From Spirochaetota bacterium (GTDB taxonomy: Bacteria; Spirochaetota; UBA4802; UBA5550), in NCBI GenBank assembly GCA_050298055.1, contig JBNKTL010000025.1:11538-75537 (forward strand): a stretch of 64,000 nucleotides of DNA, read 5' to 3'. Shown here one piece after another: positions 57,120 to 64,000 of this stretch. Every line of letters begins with the position of its first letter. Positions within the stretch are counted from its first letter, which is position 1. The notes beneath the pieces are model-generated. The model was not told the origin of the DNA, ran no database searches, and worked only from the letters and a program-made list of their open reading frames with translations. The translations under genes were made by a program, and so were the position numbers.

Positions 57120-59339
57120 TTATGACCCGTTCATTACTTCGGAAAGGACTTTTCTGAGTTCTTCAAGCCTGAAAGGTTTCTGAATGGCGCCGGAAAAACC
57201 GTAGTTACGGTAGTTTGCGATGATGGGATCATTGGCGTATCCGCTGGAAACCACCGCAAGGATGTCCTTATCATACTCCCTGAGTATCCGGAGGGTCTTT
57301 TCCCCTCCCATGCCGCCCCGTATTGTGAGATCCAGAATGACACAGTCAAAGTCCCTGCCCGAATCTTTCGCGTTCCGATAGAGGTTAATGGTGTCCTCAC
57401 CGGTGTTAGTTACTGTTATTTCAAATCCAATACTTGTCAGCATCCTTTTCATGATCGCAAGGATTTTCTCATCATCATCAAGCAGGAGTATTCTTCCCGG
57501 TCTTGAAAAGTTGAAATTAAAGTCGTGAGTATTTTTTGGCACCTCTTCCCTGGTTGCCGGTAAATAGATTTCAAAGGAGCTCCCCTTTTCTTTTGCCGGG
57601 AGAATGTTAATATGGCCGTTATGTTTTTTAATGATTGAAAATGATATGGCAAGACCCAGGCCGCTCCCTTCTTTCTTTGTGGTGAAAAAGGGGGCAAAAA
57701 TCCTGTCCCTGTTTTCTTCCGGGATGCCCGGCCCTTCATCGCTGATAGTTATCTTCACATGATCGCCTTCATTGAGAGGAGTGCTTTCTCCGGGAGAAAC
57801 GGTAATGTTTTTTGCGACGATATCGACCCTTCCGCTGTCAGGCATGGCCTGCCGGGCATTGAGCACAATATTATGGATCACCTGGCTGATCTGCCCTTTA
57901 TCGATCATTGCGTTCCAGAGGTCTTCGGATAAATCGCATGACCACTCAATCTGAGAACCGCTGAGTACAAATTTTGCGGCACTTTCAATTATCTCTTTTA
58001 TTGAAGCCGTTTCTTTAAGAGGATCCCCCCCCTTTGTAAAGGTCAGGAGTTGATGCGTCAGGTCCCGTGTTTTCAACAAGGCCTCTTCCGCTTCCACAAT
58101 ATAATTCCAGATTTTCTCATTGTCCTCTAAATGATATTTCGCCATGGAGATATTCCCCATTGCGGAGGTCACGATATTATTAAAGTCATGGGCTATCCCG
58201 CCGGCAAAGACACCCAGGTTCTCAATTTTTGAAACCTTGTGCAGTTCTTTTTCAATCCTTTTTTCCTCTGTGATGTCGCGTAAAACGATAACCGCCCCCG
58301 TGATCCTGCTCCGGTTGTCATGGACCGGGGCGGCGGTCAGGGTTATGTTTCGTTTTGACCCGTTTTTTTTCTGTAAGATCAGGTCCTGAGAAGATTCAAA
58401 AATGCCTCCATTATTTACAACCTGCAGGGCCGGGTTATGAAAAGGTTCATTCGTGTCTGCAGTACGGATATCCACCACTTCGTTAAAGGTTTTCCCCTTT
58501 CCCTCAATTGCGGTGTGCTGGGAGATTGTTTCTGCGGTCCTGTTCATGAGAACAATATTTCCCTCCCTGTCGGTTGTCATCACAGCGTCTTTAATGGACC
58601 TCAAGGTAGTGGAGAGGAGTTCCTTTTCCCGGGAGAGCTTTTCATGTGTTAAAATTAAATCTTCGTTTATTGTCTCAAACTCTTCATTGGCCGATGTAAG
58701 CTGCTCGTTTTGTTTTTCTATTTCCAGATACTGTTTCTGGATCGTTAACTCAGATATCTGGGCCCTTTGAAGTGTGTTGGTGTAAATGGTGAAGATCAGG
58801 TAAGATGATGTACCGGCAACAAAAAGGGTCAGAAGAACGTCAATCCTGTATTCAAAAAGAACGGAAGAAGAAAGCCCAAGGTCCTTTTGGGCTTTTAGAG
58901 TAAAGAGGATAAAGACGATTCCGTTGGCCAAAAAATAGAGAATTATTGAGAATTTTTTTCTGGAAATCACCAGGGGAACAAGAGAGAGAATTCCAACAAG
59001 CAGGACAATGGTATCGAGCCTGCCTATTGCGTCGGCATTTTCAAAAAAAAGAGCAACCCAGGTTGCGGAAAGACAGGTAACAAGGAGAAGATGAGGTACA
59101 AGTTTTAAATTTCCCTTCCTCAGGAGGTAGAGGGAGAAAAGAGAGATGATCCCTGTTATTGACAGGGGAGTCAGTACTGCAAAATCTGTCAGCCCTCTTA
59201 TCCTGATTAAAATGTGATAAAATATCACAACAACTATGATAGTAAAGCTTATGAAATAAAAGATGATGGCCCTTTGGTGGGTGAGATAATCGTTGTTTAT
59301 ATAAGGTTTTAAAAAATAATCTTTGATCTTTCCGAACAC
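57120..59339 (-). CDS. Hybrid sensor histidine kinase (TM-PAS-HisKA-HATPase-REC)
   Basis: AGGIAHDFNN, NIVLNARQAM, DEGPGI, FFTTK..GSGLGL; C-terminal LLDDD/LDLTI/QKPF. Confidence 0.95.
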   Translation of the reverse strand: MFGKIKDYFLKPYINNDYLTHQRAIIFYFISFTIIVVVIFYHILIRIRGLTDFAVLTPLSITGIISLFSLYLLRKGNLKLVPHLLLVTCLSATWVALFFENADAIGRLDTIVLLVGILSLVPLVISRKKFSIILYFLANGIVFILFTLKAQKDLGLSSSVLFEYRIDVLLTLFVAGTSSYLIFTIYTNTLQRAQISELTIQKQYLEIEKQNEQLTSANEEFETINEDLILTHEKLSREKELLSTTLRSIKDAVMTTDREGNIVLMNRTAETISQHTAIEGKGKTFNEVVDIRTADTNEPFHNPALQVVNNGGIFESSQDLILQKKNGSKRNITLTAAPVHDNRSRITGAVIVLRDITEEKRIEKELHKVSKIENLGVFAGGIAHDFNNIVTSAMGNISMAKYHLEDNEKIWNYIVEAEEALLKTRDLTHQLLTFTKGGDPLKETASIKEIIESAAKFVLSGSQIEWSCDLSEDLWNAMIDKGQISQVIHNIVLNARQAMPDSGRVDIVAKNITVSPGESTPLNEGDHVKITISDEGPGIPEENRDRIFAPFFTTKKEGSGLGLAISFSIIKKHNGHINILPAKEKGSSFEIYLPATREEVPKNTHDFNFNFSRPGRILLLDDDEKILAIMKRMLTSIGFEITVTNTGEDTINLYRNAKDSGRDFDCVILDLTIRGGMGGEKTLRILREYDKDILAVVSSGYANDPIIANYRNYGFSGAIQKPFRLEELRKVLSEVMNGS

Positions 59340-59549
59340 AAAAATTTCCGCAATTCTGTTTTAAATTTGATAGTCAAAAGGAGACATTTTATTTGAGATT
59401 GAACACATTGGAGTTTCTGTCAACATAAAAATTTTATTATACTGAGTGAATAATGGTATAAAATGGCTGATGATTTATTATTCATAAACCGGTAACAATA
59501 TTTCTTATTCATATGAGACATATTTTATCCGATAATAATATTGAAAAGA

Positions 59550-59688
59550 GTCACTGCTCAGTTATGTATAAGAATAATCATATTTATAAAAAACATAACT
59601 GGTATGTCCCCGCCGCCGAAGGCGGCGGGGACATATTGTTGATTTTTTAGTAAACAGGTTTATTTTGTTCATAGAGCTGAGTAGTTAC
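59550..59688. mobile_element. MITE-like repeat, copy C (best preserved, 139 bp)
   Basis: Ends GTCACTGCTCAGT...GCTGAGTAGTTAC; perfect central hairpin TATGTCCCCGCCGCC-GAA-GGCGGCGGGGACATA (59603-59635). Confidence 0.8.
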
Positions 59689-59715
59689 TGAAAATACACA
59701 TATCAGGGTAAAAGT

Positions 59716-59856
59716 ATGTCAGAACCAAAATTAAGAGTCTTTTCATACAACTGCAAATGCGGACATAAGGTTAAGGTCTTTTTTGATTTCGGTGTTCCCC
59801 AGGAGCTCTACAAGTGCAGGAGGTGCGGTGAACAGATCAGGAGGGCCGAGGACTAG
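59716..59856 (+). CDS. 46-aa zinc-ribbon microprotein (not in the ORF track)
   Basis: Manual translation MSEPKLRVFSYNCKCGHKVKVFFDFGVPQELYKCRRCGEQIRRAED*; CxCG and CxxCG knuckles. Confidence 0.7.
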   Translation: MSEPKLRVFSYNCKCGHKVKVFFDFGVPQELYKCRRCGEQIRRAED

Positions 59857-59895
59857 TACTGAGTCCGCGTGATTTTGCACCAATAAGGTTAAAAA

Positions 59896-61146
59896 TCACG
59901 CAGTCGAAGTACTAGCGGATATTCCCGCAAGGTACCCGGTACTCCAGCATGCCTGGAGATTGTAGCCTCCGGTTACCGCGTCTATGTCCAGGACCTCACC
60001 GGCAAAGAAGAGATTCTCAATGAGCCGTGACCTCAGTGTCTTCGGATCGATCTCCTTCAGTGAAATGCCTCCCTTTGTCACAATGGCCCTTTTAAAGTCA
60101 CCGGTTCCGGCAACCTCCATCTCCAGGGATTTTAAAAGGTGAAGGATCTTTCGTCTCTCTTCCCTGGATATTTCGGATATTTTTTTTTCAGGACCCATAC
60201 CGGACAGCTTCACCATAACGGGAACAAGTTCAGCCGGGAGGAGCTTCCGTAAAAGTTGAGGAAGGGTGCCCCTGCCCAGTTTTTCCCTTTCCCGGAGTAT
60301 CCTGGCATCAAGCTTTTTATGGTCCAGGGCCGGTTTAAGGTCGATTCTTATTTTCAGATTTCCGTTCATGTTCTCCCGGGCATACCCGCTCATGTCCAGG
60401 ATCACCGGCCCGTCCAGTCCTTCACGGGTGAAAAAGGCCTCTCCGAACCTGCCGCAGATTTTCCTGCCGTCTTTTATCAGTTCCGCGTTAATATTGTTGA
60501 GATGAAGGCCTTCCAGTTCCTCTCCCCACGGCTCTTTGATCATTATTCCCGTGAGAGAGGGTGCCGGTTCAACGATGGTGTGCCCGAGGTTTTCCGCCCA
60601 CCTGTATCCGTCGCCGGTTGACCCGGTCCCCGGATAGGAGAGGCCGCCGGTACAGACGATATAATTTACGGCCTCAATATGTCCCCCGTCATGTTCAAGT
60701 CCCGTTATCCTGTTAGCTGTGCCGGCGAGACTTTTCACCTCTCTTCCCGTAAGAATATCCACACCGGTTTTTTTCATCCATTTTACAAGGGCTTGTTGAA
60801 CGTCCCGGGCGCTGTCAGATACGGGGAAAACCCTGCTGCCCCTTTCAACCTTTGTCTCTACTCCTATATCGTGAAAGAACTCGCGGGTGCGGGTTACATC
60901 CAGGGCATTGACGGAAGGGTAGAGGAACTTCCCGTTTTTCCCGAACGCGCCGATGAAATGGCTCCTCTCCCCGCCCGCGTTTGTCATGTTACAGCGGCCC
61001 TTCCCGGTTATAAGGAGTTTCTTTCCCGGAATTTTGTTCTTCTCCAGAAGGACCGTATCCGCCCCTTTCTCTGCCGCCGTACCCGCGGCCATCATTCCCG
61101 CGGGGCCCCCTCCGATAACGGCAATATCATACTTTTTTTCTTTCAT
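59896..61146 (-). CDS. HI0933/BaiN family flavoprotein (second paralog)
   Basis: IGGGPAG, KLLITGKGRCNMTN, TGG.SYP.TGSTGDG, GE.LD.D..TGGYNLQ. Confidence 0.93.
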   Translation of the reverse strand: MKEKKYDIAVIGGGPAGMMAAGTAAEKGADTVLLEKNKIPGKKLLITGKGRCNMTNAGGERSHFIGAFGKNGKFLYPSVNALDVTRTREFFHDIGVETKVERGSRVFPVSDSARDVQQALVKWMKKTGVDILTGREVKSLAGTANRITGLEHDGGHIEAVNYIVCTGGLSYPGTGSTGDGYRWAENLGHTIVEPAPSLTGIMIKEPWGEELEGLHLNNINAELIKDGRKICGRFGEAFFTREGLDGPVILDMSGYARENMNGNLKIRIDLKPALDHKKLDARILREREKLGRGTLPQLLRKLLPAELVPVMVKLSGMGPEKKISEISREERRKILHLLKSLEMEVAGTGDFKRAIVTKGGISLKEIDPKTLRSRLIENLFFAGEVLDIDAVTGGYNLQACWSTGYLAGISASTSTA

Positions 61147-61149
61147 GGA

Positions 61150-62292
61150 TCAGAGCTTCTTGAGGCAGAGGACCGTAATATCATCCTCCTGCTCGGTATA
61201 GTCGGTGAACCTGAAAACAGAATCGATGATGGAGTGGACGATATCAATAGAGGGAAGATCGATAAAATCCGTAAACACCTGCTCAAGCTTTTCGCTGTCA
61301 TACATTTTATTGTCCGGCGACAGGGATTCCGTTATGCCGTCTGTATAGAGAAGGAGAGAGTCCCCTGAACGCATCCTGAGCCTGATATCCTCAAAGACCC
61401 TGTCTTTCACAATACCCACAAGGGGGCCCTTTGGCTTGACCTTGATACAGTTCTTCTTCTCGGAGGAGTAGAGAAGGGAGGGAAGGTGCCCTCCCGAAGA
61501 GAGGAATATTTCTCCCGTCCTGATATTTATCTGGGCAACAATAATCGTGGCAAAGAAGTAATCCACAGTGGTATCGTTGACCAGCTGCAGGTTGGCTTTC
61601 TCCATGAGCTGTGAAGGGGTCTGTCTTTCAAGGGAGAGGGTCCTGAAGATGCTCCTGATCTCAAAGCCGATATAGGAAGAGGCAACACCGTGGCCCGAGA
61701 CATCGCAGAGCACCACCTGGTAGGTTTCATTATCGATCAGGTAGCCGTCAAGGAAGTCCCCGGAAAGATTTTCAACGGGAAGAATGGAAAAAGCCGCGTC
61801 AAATCCCGTGAGTTTTTTAAAATCGGGAAGAAGTTTCGCTTGGAGCTCCCGTATGGTTGCCAGGTCCGAATGGAGCTGTTTTATCTGCCTGTTCCTGAAG
61901 TCTCTGAGCTTTTTGTATTCAAGGGCTTTTTTCAGGGCGATAAAGAACTGGTCGGCCTCAACAGGCTTTATGATATAGTCAAAGACCCCGAGTTTCATAA
62001 TGTCAATAATGACACGGGGAGAATCCAGTGCGGTCTGGACCAAAACAATTGATTCCGGTTCGATCTCCATGAGCCTCTGGATAAAGGACCGTCCGTCCAT
62101 TACCGGCATCATGAGATCCACAATGTAGAGTGAATAGCTGTTCTTTTCCAGAAGGTCAAGGGCCTCCTTCCCGTTGTTTGCAGTGCGGCACTCCAACCCG
62201 GCTTCACGGCAGAGTGACTGCAGAAGGACCTGGCTGTGCTTTGAATCCTCAACAATGAGGACAGGATCATGTTTTGTGCCGGTAAGTTTCAC
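61150..62292 (-). CDS. Response regulator with a SpoIIE/PP2C phosphatase domain (RsbU-like)
   Basis: IVEDS/VDLMMP/KP receiver; SGDF, DVSGHG, YTDGITE, DDIT. Confidence 0.93.
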   Translation of the reverse strand: MKLTGTKHDPVLIVEDSKHSQVLLQSLCREAGLECRTANNGKEALDLLEKNSYSLYIVDLMMPVMDGRSFIQRLMEIEPESIVLVQTALDSPRVIIDIMKLGVFDYIIKPVEADQFFIALKKALEYKKLRDFRNRQIKQLHSDLATIRELQAKLLPDFKKLTGFDAAFSILPVENLSGDFLDGYLIDNETYQVVLCDVSGHGVASSYIGFEIRSIFRTLSLERQTPSQLMEKANLQLVNDTTVDYFFATIIVAQINIRTGEIFLSSGGHLPSLLYSSEKKNCIKVKPKGPLVGIVKDRVFEDIRLRMRSGDSLLLYTDGITESLSPDNKMYDSEKLEQVFTDFIDLPSIDIVHSIIDSVFRFTDYTEQEDDITVLCLKKL

Positions 62293-62972
62293 TGCCGGTC
62301 ATCCCCCCCGGAGAACTCCTTCAGCCTGTTTTTTAAAAAACGGATTGTGCAGCAGTTATCCCTGTCCCGGTTCCTGTCATAGAACTCTTTCAGGTCTTCA
62401 AGGTTATCTATATCGTTTAATACATCCAGAAATTGATAACTCACTCCCCGTTTCGTGAGATTCCGCAGAGTCTGTTCCAGGACTTCACCGGTGCTCCACC
62501 GGATACCCGTGAAGATGTCCCTGTGGAGTTTTTCTCTTCTGAGCCCTATGAGGTAATAGCCCCCGTCGCTTCCCGGTCCCAGTACTGTATCAGATTTTTT
62601 TAATTTGTCAAACCCCTTATTGATTTCATCCGCGGAAATATCGGGAATATCGCTTCCCATGAGAATGCACTTTTCATACCCGGAGTGAAAAATATCCTCC
62701 ATTGAGTTGTACATCCTTTCCCCCAGATCTTTACCTCTCTGAAGATAAGATGTGATGCCAAACTCGTTTTCAAAATCGCCGGCGGTTTTTCCGGAACCTG
62801 AAGATACGGTGAGGATGAGATCGGCATCAACCATCCCGCATGTTTTTATCATGTCCCTGATGAATTCCCGGTAGAGCCTGTAAACAAAATCGTTTCCCAG
62901 CCGGGATGAGAGCCGGGTCTTGACCTTTCCCTTTTCCGGGTACTTGAAGAAGAGGTTGAGCGCCGGTTTCAT
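62289..62972 (-). CDS. TIGR04282/DUF2064 glycosyltransferase-like protein (arsenosugar-cluster type)
   Basis: K.P..GKVKTRL, Q.G.DLGERM, GSDIP, LGP..DGGYYLIG, WST, DID...DL. Confidence 0.9.
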   Translation of the reverse strand: MKPALNLFFKYPEKGKVKTRLSSRLGNDFVYRLYREFIRDMIKTCGMVDADLILTVSSGSGKTAGDFENEFGITSYLQRGKDLGERMYNSMEDIFHSGYEKCILMGSDIPDISADEINKGFDKLKKSDTVLGPGSDGGYYLIGLRREKLHRDIFTGIRWSTGEVLEQTLRNLTKRGVSYQFLDVLNDIDNLEDLKEFYDRNRDRDNCCTIRFLKNRLKEFSGGDDRQ

Positions 62973-63691
62973 GGGAGAGGGTCCTCTTTCTTTCCGTAAT
63001 AGTATTTATAAAGTTTTTCGGGAGGGGTCCCCGTGGCATAGAGAAGCTGTAAAATCCAGTTTCTCATTGTGGTGTAGAGGATCCCTTCGGTCTCCCATTT
63101 TCTCGCCGAGGTGGTGACTTTTAAAGGGGATATATGGATTTTCTTTCCCGCTCTTTTTATCCTCCTCATAAACTCAAAGTCTTCCATGAGGGGGACAGGG
63201 GAAAACCCGCCCATGCCGTCAAAGTCCTTCTTTCTGATGAAGTATGCCTGGTCTCCGTAAGGGATCCGTGTGATCCTGTTCCGTATCTGTGCCATCCGTT
63301 CAATGAGCCTGAAGGGAAAACTCCTGTTGTCAAAACCGAGACTGAAGGCCCCTGCCGTAAACCGCGTACCGGCAAGAATTATTCTCATTTCATGAAAGGC
63401 CCCCGGGGGAAGAAGAGTGTCCGCGTGGAGGAAGAGGAGGATATCCCCCGAGGCGTTTTCCGCGCCCCTGTTCATCTGCCGGGCCCGTCCCCGGGGTGAC
63501 TTCAGTGGGATAACAGCCCTGTCTTTGATGCTGCTTATTGTGTTTCCGGAAGGCACCCCGTCTACAGTGATAATCTCAATATCTTCCTCTCCCGAAATAT
63601 TCCTGAGCATCTCTATGGTCCCGTTAATCCCCTCCTCCTCGTTATAGACAGGGATGATGACGGATATTTTTTCCGAACCGGAACGTGACAT
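62969..63691 (-). CDS. TIGR04283 family 2 glycosyltransferase (arsenosugar-cluster type)
   Basis: SVIIPVYNE, GRARQMN.GA, FLHADT, PYGDQ, PLMED, TSAR.W. Confidence 0.92.
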   Translation of the reverse strand: MSRSGSEKISVIIPVYNEEEGINGTIEMLRNISGEEDIEIITVDGVPSGNTISSIKDRAVIPLKSPRGRARQMNRGAENASGDILLFLHADTLLPPGAFHEMRIILAGTRFTAGAFSLGFDNRSFPFRLIERMAQIRNRITRIPYGDQAYFIRKKDFDGMGGFSPVPLMEDFEFMRRIKRAGKKIHISPLKVTTSARKWETEGILYTTMRNWILQLLYATGTPPEKLYKYYYGKKEDPLP

Positions 63692-63708
63692 TTCCCCGGC
63701 GCCTCCTG

Positions 63709-64000
63709 TTAGCCCGCGTCAGGGGTCCCGGACTTTTTTATATTCTTGATATAGTAGTTCAGTCCCTTTTTTACCAGCAGGGGGAAGACTCCCAGGATGG
63801 CGAATGATATGATCAGCGTGGGAGAGAGGATTCCCGACAACGATTCTATTTTACCCAGTTCCTTCCCCGCGTTCACATAGACGAAGGTTGCCGGGAGCAT
63901 CCCCGCCTGGGAGATCCAGTAGTATGTGAAAAGGGGCATCTTTGTGAGACCCATGAGAAGGTTGATCACAAAAAAGGGGAATATGGGGATAAGCCTCAGG
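63709..64000 (-). CDS. TVP38/TMEM64 (DedA) family membrane protein, C-terminal part (starts outside the window)
   Basis: Frame is open to the window edge: LRLIPIFPFFVINLLMGLT...SQAGMLPAT.VY.NAG. Confidence 0.88.
   Translation of the reverse strand, partial: LRLIPIFPFFVINLLMGLTKMPLFTYYWISQAGMLPATFVYVNAGKELGKIESLSGILSPTLIISFAILGVFPLLVKKGLNYYIKNIKKSGTPDAG

Overview
Chromosomal segment of an anaerobic diderm bacterium, probably Spirochaetota. This is an inference from the eukaryote/Leptospira-type IMPDH, WGR-LRR and ankyrin proteins, and a membrane-bound AraC. Housekeeping genes (clpA/clpS, guaB, tadA, sua5, tmk, sppA, class II DAHP synthase, gatC, thpR, pyrK, tag) alternate with metabolic blocks: csoR-copA, a three-gene split glutamate synthase, AraC-aor-moaD, iscU-fdhD and the end of an arsenosugar-type glycosyltransferase cluster. 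An accessory zone at about 24-45 kb holds a GNAT/DUF1778 toxin-antitoxin pair, an ABC-ATPase + DUF4276 TOPRIM pair, three ankyrin proteins and a WGR-SUKH-LRR protein. Most notable: (1) two abutting class III nucleotidyl-cyclase-fold genes with complementary catalytic half-sites, one carrying a receiver-like domain; (2) the ATPase/TOPRIM candidate defence pair; (3) a ~140 bp MITE-like repeat family with terminal inverted repeats and a central GC hairpin; (4) a secreted Cys/Arg-rich gene bracketed by a ~205 bp duplication; (5) an unannotated 46-aa zinc-ribbon microprotein. I saw no rRNA, tRNA, CRISPR array, integrase or transposase. All family calls come from recognising motifs by eye; no database searches were run.
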